Shown piece by piece: positions 20,857-31,125 of a stretch of DNA of 41,903 nt (its first letter is position 1; each line of letters opens with the position of its first letter). The stretch is from assembly GCA_001275005.1 (NCBI GenBank), contig JWZX01003219.1:1-41903 (forward strand), written 5' to 3'. The notes below the pieces were generated by a model. The model was not told where the DNA came from. It saw nothing but the letters and a program-made list of their open reading frames with translations, and ran no database searches. Source of the DNA: Chrysochromulina tobinii. Its lineage: Eukaryota. Both the position numbers and the translations under genes were made by a program.

Positions 20857-21486
20857 ATGGAGGTCCTGACAACGGAAGTCGCGAAAAAAGCGGTCACGAG
20901 CTCGTCCACAACGGCCTCCCCGCTTCAGGTGCTTCAGATGGACCCGCCATCGCCAGAGGCGCCGAGCGAATCTATGACGGATCGGCTCAATCAGCTCAAG
21001 AGCCTCGACAGCGAAGCGATCCAGGCCAAGATCGCCGCTGCCAAGAGGGACGAGGCGGAGAAGAAAGTGTTGGAAGAGGCGCGCATGGCAGCGCGCGACA
21101 AAGCCATAGCAGAGTACACGGCCGCAGGTAAAGCAGCCTTTGCGGCTGGGAATTATGCGGAGGCCGAACGCCATTTTGACAGGCTGCTCGAATGCCAGCC
21201 CGACAAGCCGGCCGAGGTTGTTTGCAACCGGGCAGCGTGCGCGCTCAAACTCGGCCGCTTCGCGGATGCAGTCTCGGACGCAGCTGAGGCAACGTACCTG
21301 GACGATACGTACGTCAAGGCCTACTATCGGCTTGCTCTTGGTCATCAGGGTATGGGCAACATCGAGAAAGCCTTCAAGGCCTGTCGCGCCGGTTTGAAGC
21401 TCGAGCCGGACAGCATGCAGCTGCTCAAACTGCAGGAAGAGCTGCAAAAAGCCGAGACAGAACAGCTGGGCGCCGTTCTCGTGTAG
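20857..21486 (+). CDS. Tetratricopeptide-repeat protein (3 TPRs, co-chaperone-like)
   Basis: GKAAFAAGNYAEAERHF, CNRAACALKLGRFADAVSDA, YVKAYYRLALG...GLKLEP. Confidence 0.9.
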   Translation: MEVLTTEVAKKAVTSSSTTASPLQVLQMDPPSPEAPSESMTDRLNQLKSLDSEAIQAKIAAAKRDEAEKKVLEEARMAARDKAIAEYTAAGKAAFAAGNYAEAERHFDRLLECQPDKPAEVVCNRAACALKLGRFADAVSDAAEATYLDDTYVKAYYRLALGHQGMGNIEKAFKACRAGLKLEPDSMQLLKLQEELQKAETEQLGAVLV

Positions 21487-21717
21487 TCACGAGACACGTA
21501 ACATAGGACGCATTTATCTCGCAAAATAATCTCGCAAATCGGAAACGTCAACCGGTGGAGTCGGTGGGCGAAGGTGACATGGCGAAGGCTGGGACGCCCG
21601 CCAAACCTTCGCGCCCCATCGCCGCGTCCGCCCCGACCCAGCGCGGGTAAGCGCGGGGCCGAGCCCTCAAAGCGCCGCAGCCAAATAGTGCAGGGAGCCA
21701 TCCACTACAATGCCGCA

Positions 21718-23076
21718 CTACTGCTTCTGTGGCGGCCTGCTCTTCGAAGGCCCCTTGGCCGGCCCCCCAAAAGTGGCCCGAAGCTCCTCGGCTGAAACGT
21801 ACTTGGGGTCTAGTTTTTGCACCAGGTCGCGCGCAGTCGAGGCGTCGCCCAGCCGATATGCGTCTTGCGCCTTGAGTCGTTTGGCCTCTTGCTCGCGCAT
21901 GTCGGCCACGAGACTGCTCGAGTCGTGCATCGACTTGGCAATCAGCGCGGTGAGCGCGTGCTCACGTTTGGCGCGCTCGCTCTGCAATTCTGCCTTTCGT
22001 TCCGCCTCGTCGTCAAAGGTGGTACGAACGACCTCATTGTCACCCGCGTGGCTGCCCTCCCGCTGCAGCCGCGCCTGCTCCTGGTAGTACCACTTGCGCA
22101 TGTCATAGTACTTTTCTGAGGGCATCGTGGCCGTGTTGTAGTCCTCGACGAAACCAGCAAAGTGCTCCTGCAGCTCACGACGGCCACAGCTGGCCTGCGG
22201 CACGCCCTTGACCTCGCTCAGCCAGGCGAGAAACTCCTCCTGTTTCTCGTGCAAGTCACTCTCCCGGATGATGCCGAAGGTACCCCACTTAGGCGCCGCA
22301 TGCGCCACCACCGGCCCCGGCGGCGCGTGCCGCTCGCGCTTGTGCTTCTTCTCCTTCTTCTCCTTCTTCTCCTTCTTCTCGATGCGCTGCTTGCCCTTCT
22401 TGTCGCGACCGCTCCTCTTCTCCTTCTTCTCCTTCTTCTCCTTCTTCTCCTTCTTGTCCTTCTTGTCCTTACTGGTCGAGTGCTTCGCGTGCTTGCGCGC
22501 CTTGCGCTCCTCCTTGTTTCGCTTGCGCTTCTTCTCGCGCCGCTGCTCGACCTCGGAGTCGAAGCTCGAGCTGTCGCTCTCGTCGCTCGAGCTCCGGCTG
22601 GAGCTCCCGCTCTCGCTGCTCCGAGAGGGTGCCGGCTGCTGCTGGTGGCGCGCCGCCTCCGCCGCACGCAGCGCGTCCTGCTCCCTGATGAACTTGTCGG
22701 CGCGTGCCGCCTCTTCGCGCCGGATCCTCATGCCCTCACTCACCAGTGTTTCGTTGATGTCGAGTAGCTCGATATCAAAAATGAGGTCGGCATTCGGCGG
22801 GATTTGCGGCGGCTGTCCGCGTGCGCCGTATGCCTCGGCGGCAGGAATCAGCACGCGACGTCGCGAACCCTTGGCCATCTCGCGGATAGCTGCGTCCCAG
22901 CCGTCGATGACCTTACCGACGCCGACTGGAAAGGTCATCGCGTGGCCGCGATCGCGTGAGCAGTCGGACTTCTTGTTGGACGATGCGATGAAGCCCGAGT
23001 AGTGGCACACGACCTTGTCGCCGAGGCGCGGCAGCGGGCCCGCGCCCTCGACGAGCTCTTCCAAGAGCGTCGGCAT
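21718..23076 (-). CDS. FKBP-type peptidyl-prolyl isomerase fused to a Ser/Lys-rich linker and a conserved C-terminal domain
   Basis: FKBP motifs GDKVVCHYSG, VGVGKVIDGWD, AYGARG, IPPNADLIFDIELL. KEK repeats. C-terminal WGTFGIIRESD...EFLAWLSEVK...FVEDYNTATMPSEKYYD. ATG at 23076. Confidence 0.88.
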   Translation of the reverse strand: MPTLLEELVEGAGPLPRLGDKVVCHYSGFIASSNKKSDCSRDRGHAMTFPVGVGKVIDGWDAAIREMAKGSRRRVLIPAAEAYGARGQPPQIPPNADLIFDIELLDINETLVSEGMRIRREEAARADKFIREQDALRAAEAARHQQQPAPSRSSESGSSSRSSSDESDSSSFDSEVEQRREKKRKRNKEERKARKHAKHSTSKDKKDKKEKKEKKEKKEKRSGRDKKGKQRIEKKEKKEKKEKKHKRERHAPPGPVVAHAAPKWGTFGIIRESDLHEKQEEFLAWLSEVKGVPQASCGRRELQEHFAGFVEDYNTATMPSEKYYDMRKWYYQEQARLQREGSHAGDNEVVRTTFDDEAERKAELQSERAKREHALTALIAKSMHDSSSLVADMREQEAKRLKAQDAYRLGDASTARDLVQKLDPKYVSAEELRATFGGPAKGPSKSRPPQKQ

Positions 23077-23186
23077 ATATTTTCTCGGAGCGTGAACAAA
23101 GACAAGCCCGCGTCCACACACACCGCCAAACCGTCAGCGTGATACACTTGCTTGCATCCTTGACTTGACTTTGACTTCTTGACTTT

Positions 23187-23242
23187 CCCCGGTGTCCTTT
23201 TACATGTACCGGCTCCCCCCGGTGTCTTTTTACATGTGCCGG
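23187..23242 (+). repeat. 26-bp imperfect direct repeat (period 30) in a divergent promoter
   Basis: CCCCGGTGTC(C/T)TTTTACATGT(A/G)CCGG at 23187-23212 and 23217-23242, preceded by TGACTT repeats. Confidence 0.85.
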
Positions 23243-23318
23243 TACCGGTACTGGTAACCTCATTTTCATCTTCCACTTCTGCGTTCTTCGGCTCTCGTTT
23301 TCCGACCGACCACAGACA

Positions 23319-26300
23319 ATGGGCCGACTGGAGGAGGTGCGCAGGGAGATAGGCAGCGACAAAGACAGGAGTCGCAGCGCATCCACAGTGCGCAGCTCGC
23401 GGCTGTGCTGGTGCTGTGCCGCCCTGCTCACGGCGGCGACCTTCGCGAACCGCTTCCAGGCCTGCTTCCTATTCAGTGTGGCATCGTATGGTAGCATCTT
23501 CCTGAACCTGCTGCACCGTACCGAGAGCGTCATGCGCGCGAGCGACTTCTCCGACGGCCTTCCGCACGACCAGAAGCTCAAGCGCCACTCGCGGTCAAAC
23601 GAAGACCTCTACCACTTCTCCGCGACGGAGAAGATGGCGCCGAAGAAGGAGAAGCAGAAGATTGTCGAATGGTGTGGCTTCGGCGAGGAGGGTGAGCTGA
23701 GGAGGACCGACTTCAGCACGCCCACATTCAACGGCTGGACGAAAGGCTACGCGTACAATGTCACGAAGAACCATCCGGCATGCAAGTGGTTTGGAATGGA
23801 CACTCAAGGACGCCCGCCTCCCGTTGCCGTCATTTTCAGCGATCGGCTGGTCAAGAGTGGCATGGTGACGGTGACGAGCCTGTGCCGCCACCCGACGCCG
23901 CTGTACGTGCTCGTGCTCATGCAGGTGACGCCCACCTACGTGCCGATCGCGTCGAAGTTCCTCTCGTGCACCATTCTGCAGATGAATCTCGCCGACTCAC
24001 TCGAGTATCTGCGCAGTGCCGGCTATTTCCCCGATTCGATCTGCGACGGGCCCGGGCGCGACACGCTCGGCAAGGTCAAGGGGCAGACGGTGCTCGGTGC
24101 GGCGGTCTGGGATAAGGACCCCAAAGCATGCCTCGTGCGCCAACCACTTGCGCTTCTACCTGCCCGAGTTCCCCATCCTCAAGAAGCAGGAGCGCATCCT
24201 CTTCGTCGACGATGACGTCGTCATCCAGCAGGACTCGGCCAAACTCTACAACGCGCCCGTCCCGCCGGGTGTCGTCTTCACGGCCAACTGCGACGTCAAC
24301 CTGTGGAACGCGGGCTGCCAGCGCTTCGACGTGGGCACCTCAGTGTACGACCATTTCTTCTCGCAGGCAATTGCGACTGATTGCGACTGATTGCGACTGA
24401 GTGCGACTGAGTGCGACTGAGTGCGACTGAGTGCAACTGAGTGCGACTGAGTGCGACTGAGTGCGACTTCGACGTGAGCACCTCCGTGTATGACCATTTC
24501 TTCTCGCAGGCAGTGTATACGCCTGAGGGCTGGCGCCAGGTCGAGCAGCTTCTAGGAGAGGTCTCGGGTAACCAGGCTTCGGGCCAGGCTCCGATCAAGT
24601 ACGACCCGAAGTTCTTCGAGTGGAATTTCGGGTTCAACCTGATGAGCCTCAAGGCGCAGCGCGAGGCGAACCTTACGTTGATCTACCAGGCGATGGCGAG
24701 CCAGGTACTCGCACGAAAAATCCTTCGCGGAGACTCTCTCGTCTACGGCCTGGGCGTGCCCTTCCTCATCTACCAGAACCGCATCGAATGCTACAAGCGC
24801 ACAGGCTGGTACGTACTCGATGGCCTCGGCTACGTGCCGCCTGCTGAGATGGAGGTGGCAGGCGTGACGCTCGACGTGATCGCGAGGGCGCCCGTGCTTC
24901 ACTACAACGGCGAGCGAAAGCCCTGGGGCAGCAACCCTTTCGCCGAATATGTGCGTGCGATGGGGTACTGGGGCCAGAACGTGACTGGGCTGCCGCAGAA
25001 GAATTCACAGTCACAGGATGTCACAGGCGACCCTCAGCCGATGCAGCTGCTTGTGCTGCTCTCGGGCCCACGCACAGGAACAGAGTGGCTCGCCAAAGTG
25101 ATGGCAGACGACTCGGGCGTCGTCTGCGGATCCATCGATGACCGGACCGCGCCACACCCAGAGTCGCTCATGCCTTACGACGTGGATTGCGACAACCGCA
25201 CGCAGATCCCGTGCCTCTCATGGCACATCGTCGGCCCCAAGAACGAGTCGTGCGACTTGAGGCTCATGTGCCAGTGGCGCTATGTGCTCGCGGCCTCGCG
25301 CGGCACCTCCGTCACACCGAGCACGGGCCTGCCCACAGCGTCCGCGTATGAGAAGGCGTGGTATGCGTGGGGCAAGAATCTGAACGCGACCGAGATCTTC
25401 GAGGGGTACCTGCGGCGCCAGATGCGCTTGCCCACGACGGCGCCCGAGCTCCCGTGCCGGTGCGAGTTCAAGCAGAGGGTACTCTTCCTCAAGTTCTTTC
25501 TCGGCTGGCTCGAGCGCCCCAAGGATTTTGAGGTGGGACTCCAGATTCCCGACGACTACCCGTACCTTCGCCGGTACGTGCTCAACGGCCAGATCGACGA
25601 TGAGTGGCACTCGATCGACGCCAAGGCGGTCTTTGAGAAGCTCGGTGCGAAGATCATCTATCTCTATCGCGAGCCCATCGCCCAATACCTCTCCATACAA
25701 CGCGGCCGCCAAAAGGAGCTTGACGCGGTGCCAGGCGTCGGTGCGGCCTGGCACTGCTTCGAGAAGAACGAGTCGCTGTGCCCCAAGGCGCCGAAGAAGA
25801 AAGAGGATTTATTGGACGTCAACCTCAAGGATGCGGGCTTCTTTGTCATCGAGGCACTGCGGCTGCAAACGCTCGCGCGCAGTTTCAGACCGATCTTCAT
25901 TCGGACTTTCGAGGCATGTGTCAACAATGCGACCGAGTGCATCAATGAGATCTATTCCAAGGTGGGCTTGGGAAAAAGAAGTCAGGACGTCCTCTCAGCA
26001 CGCGTAAGCTCGTCGCTCAAAGTGGTGCGCAACCTCGATGCACTCAAGGACACACTACGTGACATCAGGGGGGGTAACTGGACTTGGTCCACTCGCAAGG
26101 CGAAGGCGGTCGCTGCAAAGGCGCGCCGGAAGGCCAAACAGGTCGGCGAGTGGATCAAGCCAAACGCGTCGGAGAGGTCGAATGTGAGTCGCGGCGTCGC
26201 GCGGATTCGCGAGAAGATCGTCCGCAACGGCACGTCGCTGCCCAAGCTCGCACCGCCGCCCAAAGTGATCCGTAACGTGAGCTTCGAAGCAGCCGTCAAG

Positions 26301-28514
26301 GCTGCGCGCAAGCGCATCCAAGGCACAGTCGAGACAGGCAAACTCCGATGCCCAAAGGTCGAAAGGACGCTGATGCTTGAGCGGCCGCTCTACCCTCTCT
26401 TCGCGCAGATCCACCGCAACCGGCTCGCGGCCATGCTGATCTCTCCGTCGGTGCTAGGCTCGCTCTCGATGATCTGCGTCATCGGCTCGCAGCCCGAGCC
26501 GAGCACGGGCACGTACAAGCTGCGCGGTCAGGTAAGCAGCGGCGACGAGGTCTGGTACGCTTCTGTGCCGTATGAAGACAAGCTGCTCGAGGAAGAGTTT
26601 GAGCTGCCGGCCGTGCTGCGCAAGATTCGTCAGGAGAGCCGCAAGCTGGGCGTCAGGCGGCCACAGGTGGCCCTCTACTCAAATCCGCGTGGCTCCAATC
26701 CTGCCTTGCATGCAAGTGCTCACCACGACGCGCTTTCCCCACAGGTGGTCCTCTACTCAAATCCGCGTGGCTCCAATCCGAACGGCGTCGACTCGTGCAC
26801 CTCGTATCGCGAGCTCGAAAAGGTGGGGCGTGAGGGCGGCTCGGCGCTGAGCTGGCACGAGGCGGGCACACTCGACACGCCCGTGTCTGCCGATGTGAGC
26901 GTGCTGCTGCTGCGCAAGCCCAAACTGCTTATGTCCGGGCGCGTAGTCGCTCGCTTGCCGGCGTGTGTGGTGGTGCCTTCGCATCCAACGGCCGTTCGGC
27001 ACGGCGCGTCTGTGTGCCACGTCGACGTTGCCGAAAAGCCCGCGGCGGGCTGGTCGAAGGCGGAGCGCAACACTTACTACTTCCAATCTCTGCTGCGTGT
27101 GGGTGATGAGGTGATGACTGTGCTCAACGTGAGCACAGCCAAGGACTCGCGCGGCGACGCCGCGTGCCGTGTCACAGTGCAGCGGTCCACCAGGAGCGCT
27201 GCCTCGCACGAGCAAGGGGCGCACGCGCTCGCGCCCACGCACCTGGACGCCTCGGCGACGGAGGCTACGTGTGAGACCCCCGTCCAGTACGCACTCGATT
27301 ACACCGACAAGGCGGCCGCGGCATGCATTGAGCGCCATCTCGAGCACGCGCTCGCCGTGGGCGCCGACGGCACGTGGCTCGACAACATGGGACCGAACGT
27401 GTATGGCGCCAAGACGGGCACTGGGCTGTTACTGGGCAGCTATGACCTGCGCTACCCCACGGATGACGCCCCTGAACCATGCCTGAGCGAGATTACCGCG
27501 GCCAATCTCGAGGGTCCTGAGCCCGCGAAGAACGACGAGAACGCGAAGCTGTCGCGCGAGATGGCCGTGTACAAGTTCAAGTTGTGCCGCTTCTCGGCGA
27601 TGATCAACGCGCAGGCGAGCCGCACCTCGGCCGCCATCGCCGCGATCCATAAGATGCTCGGTCGCCGCCCCCTCGTGTACGGGAACGGGCTCAAGCACTC
27701 CTTTTACTGGACGGGCCACGAGGCGATGCAAGTGCGCACGCTGTACAAGCAAGCGGTCTCGTTGAGCTCCAAGGACGACCCTACCGAGCTCGCGCCGTTT
27801 GCGCCCAATGCGACCGAGAATGTGATCTTCTATAAGGTGCGTGGCACTCGCGATATGATGAGTCGCCCCCATGGCGCCCTCGACGGCTTCAACATGGAGT
27901 CGTTCTACGGCTTCATCGAGGTGGGCCACAAGTGCGCGAACTGGCCCACGGGAAAGGAAGTGTCGCGCGAATACTGCAATGCGCAGCTGGACCATCCACA
28001 GACGCACTTTTGGCACGCGAACGTGCGCATCTTTGCACACGCGGCGCAGCGCGGGCTGCACGCCCTCGCCAAGCTCGGCCAGGCGGGCTGGAAGACGGTC
28101 GGCCAGGAGTACCTACCACCGGATGAGCTTCATCGGTGGGTGCTCGCTGGCTACGCGAGCTTCTTGCTCGCCGTCGGGCGCAACAATGCGCTCACGCTCG
28201 GCATACACCCGTTCGCACGCGCCTTTAGCGACGGCGGCGGCACGGTCCAGCCGTGGATCCATCCAGTCTTCTACCTGGATCTCGGGATGCCGAACCACAC
28301 AGAGACGCTGCTGGAGCACTACCAGGTCAAGGGACATTCGACGTACTTGCGCCGGTTCGAGCGCGGCGTCGTGCTTTACAACCCCAGTGCGACCCTGGAT
28401 CGCGCCGTGCCCATAGGCGGCGCGTACACCGACCCTTGGGATGGCGCGTGCTCCAAGGTGCGTAGCTGGACGATCGGCGCCAACAGCGGCATGGTACTCG
28501 TCACAGTGCCGTAG
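23319..28514 (+). CDS. Multidomain glycan enzyme (~1657 aa): GT8 GAUT-like + PAPS-dependent sulfotransferase + putative glycoside hydrolase; frameshift at 24123-24125; introns 24367-24509 and 26667-26744
   Basis: N-terminal hydrophobic anchor. GT8 motifs NHLRFYLPE, ILFVDDDVVIQQD, FGFNL, GLGY, VLHYNGERKPW. Sulfotransferase motifs LLSGPRTGTEWL and IIYLYREPIAQYLS. C-terminal GADGTWLDNMG and YLRRFERGVVLYNPS resemble GHL15-like putative hydrolases. Confidence 0.8.
24367..24509 (+). other. GC-AG intron, 143 bp: 10-bp minisatellite plus a copy of the upstream exon end
   Basis: tcgcag|GCAATT...tcgCAG|gcagtg. Removal joins ORF 24016 and ORF 24441 in frame. Nine full (T/G)TGCGACTGA units at 24371-24460. 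Positions 24324-24369 match 24467-24512 at 43/46. Confidence 0.85.
26667..26744 (+). other. GT-AG intron, 78 bp, starting with a copy of the downstream exon
   Basis: ccacag|GTGGCC...ttccccaCAG|gtggtc. Positions 26661-26701 match 26739-26779 at 40/41. Core contains TTGCATGCAAGTGCTCACCACG. In frame with no stop. Confidence 0.75.
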
Positions 28515-29408
28515 AAGCGCGCAGCGCCGCTTCGTGATGGCGGCAGATGAGCCGCACGGATCCACTGACCCTTGAGAATCAGATCGTGCACGACGTGTGC
28601 CTCGGCGGGAGAAGCTCTCCGCACGCTCGATTGCCCATGCTGGAAGCACGCCATGCTCAAATGCGGTGCGTCGTACATTCTCCCGTTTAGCTCCGAGCTT
28701 CACGCTCCAGAATCTAGATAGCGGCCGCGATACCGCCGACAGAACCCCGGAGAGTCGGTCTAATACGTTAGTCTCGATATTACTTTGAGAGTTAGGACGC
28801 CCTGCGCTCGGCTGCTTGCGGTTCGCCGCGGGTGACTTACATTTTGGACGTGATTGTTAAACGTCCGTTATTTGTTTTTACTCCCGATCTCGCTTTTTTC
28901 CACTATTTCTATACGTACTTAATAACTAAAATAATACCGAACGCGTTCTCTCGCTCCTCCAGACTCCACTGACCATTCGGGGACGGGACGCGATCCAACG
29001 GGAAGAACGGCAACGCAGATAACCCAAAATTTCGATAGGCGTGGCGCGGCGTGAGCGGTGAGGTCACATTTATTTTATCGTACGGTATGTCGGCCGCGTA
29101 TAATGATTAATGTATAAACATAAAATATTAATGCGACGATATCACCTCGCGAATAGAATCATGCGATACCAATGGGTATCGCAGCGAACCCAGGCAGGAA
29201 AGTCGCGCGCAGCTCATCGATGCACAGACCGGCCAGCGGCCGGGCCTTGAAGCATGCTTTGAAGGCCTCACCAGCACGCTCTCTCCCTGTGTCGCCGGCC
29301 CAACCCCTAGCCAGTACGACGTCCATCTTATCGTTCTGGCTCCCCGTCTCAAACTTCCGAGGGGCACGATCTCACGAAGATACCCTGCTTCGTCCTCAGG
29401 CCGCGAGC

Positions 29409-31125
29409 TTACTTGGCCTTGTGCGCCTTGATCATGGCGATAGCCTTCACACCCATGAGGTCAGTGAGCTCGGACGCGTCATAGTAGTCCGCATCGGGCA
29501 CATCTGCGAGGGTCTTCTCGCCGCCGCACACGGCCTGGAAGGGCGAGATGCCGACGCACGAGCAGTTGAACTCACCAACGACGTACTCGGTGTCCACGCC
29601 ATCCGTGCGCGCGAACTCGGGATCCTTGGGGATGTAGTCCGCAGTCCAGATCAACGGAAGGGGCTGGCCGTCGAGGTCGAGCACCTTCATGAGCTGCGGG
29701 ATGTCCTTCATGAGCTTAGCAAGGAGGTCAGCGTACTTGGGATCGGACGGCTCGTAGTACGTGTACTCCGAGTTGCCGCCAACGGCCGAGAGGCCACCGC
29801 CGGTCGGCTTCTTGTGGATGATCTTCTGGCACGTGTCGCCCGCCATCAGGATACGCACCTCGCCCTCGGAGATGCGCGGGAGCAGGCGCTGGTCGACGAG
29901 CTGACCGCCGGCCGCCTTGCCGCCATCCAGGTACTTGCCCGGGAAGACCGAAGACCAGTTGCCTGCGTCCACGTCCACCAATGGCACATCAATCACGCAT
30001 TATGAGCGCAGGAAGGTGTGTGGGGAAAACGGAGAGAGGGCATGTGGGCGGACTTGCAAGGGGGAAAGGGGGGGAACCCCCAGAGGGGTAGGGGGAGGGG
30101 GAGTTGGCGCCGAGCGGGCTGGCTGTAGCTGCAGCCCGCCTTGCTGCCCCGCGCGCGGCGCGACCGATCGGGCGCAGCGTACCGGCCTTCGCCTTGTTGT
30201 CGGGGCCGTTGATGCAGAACTCGAGGAACTCGCCGACGGTGTGGTACTCGATGTGGTTGTCGTTCATCTCCATCAGCTTGAGGTACTCGCCGTCCGTGAG
30301 CGATTTCTCGCCGTACGTCTTGCAGTACTTGCCCGAGCACAGCCAGCACAGCCAGATGCCCTCGCCCGCGGAGCCGCGGTTCTGCTTGATCACGCGCGGC
30401 TGGAAGGCGCACGTCTTCTTGAAGCCCGTGATGAGTTCCTCCGCAGTATAGTAGGCGAGGGTGTCGCGCAGGCCGCAGCCCATGTTGGCGATCTTGACAA
30501 GCGCATCCTTGGCGCCCATCTTGGTCTGCACATCGGGCGACGACCATACGATGCCACCCTTGGAGATGAATTCGTTCATGAGCGTGTCGAAGCGCTCCTG
30601 GGTGCCGGGGAGGGTCTTCTGCGAGAGCTGGCCCGGGTTGATGCGCACAATGAGCGCATCGTACTTCATCGACATGACGAGCTTGGCAAACTCGGCGTGC
30701 TTGGTGTCGTAGTACTTGATAATCTCGCACGCCCCACCCGCCTTGATCACGCCGTTCGCGATCGGGAGCGAGTCAATGCGATGGCCGTTCGGGCCTTTGT
30801 CCGTGCCACCGTTCTTGGCACCGGGGATGTTGAACTCGACGACGCAGACCTTGGCGGCCGGGTCAGCCGGCGACGGCATGAGCTCGTTGTAACGCGGGCC
30901 CTTGGCCGCGGGCGCGGCCGTCGACAGAGCGGCGAGCAGTTTCTTGGCCGTCGCATCGTCGATCTCAATCTTGAGGCACTCGTTGGCGTAGCCGGTGTAG
31001 CCCGCGGCGATACCGACGGCAGCGGCCGCGGCGCCGACGAGGGCACGGGGGCGAGCCGCCGAGGCGGCGGTCGAGAACGAGCGCACGCCCGCCTTGGAGA
31101 AGACACGCGATGTTGCGCTGAACAT
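29409..31125 (-). CDS. Cj0069-family ATP-grasp (glutathione synthetase-like fold) protein with mitochondrial-type presequence; intron 29963-30182; ~498 aa
   Basis: Motifs GGTDKGPNGHRID, VRINPG, GAKDALVKI, RVIKQNRGSAGEGIW, LPRISEGEVRILM, IIHKKP, PLIWTADYI, GEFNCSCVG match my recollection of the bacterial Cj0069 family. Leader MFSATSRVFSKAGVRSFST. Confidence 0.82.
29963..30182 (-). other. Spliceosomal intron, 220 bp, GT-AG
   Basis: aaggccg|GTACGC...ggacgCAG|gcaactgg joins the two ORFs as KAKAGNWSSVFPG. Confidence 0.85.

Noticed and set aside
22345..22470. CTTCTTCTC tandem repeats
   Set aside because: They simply encode the KEK/KDK low-complexity linker of the FKBP protein.
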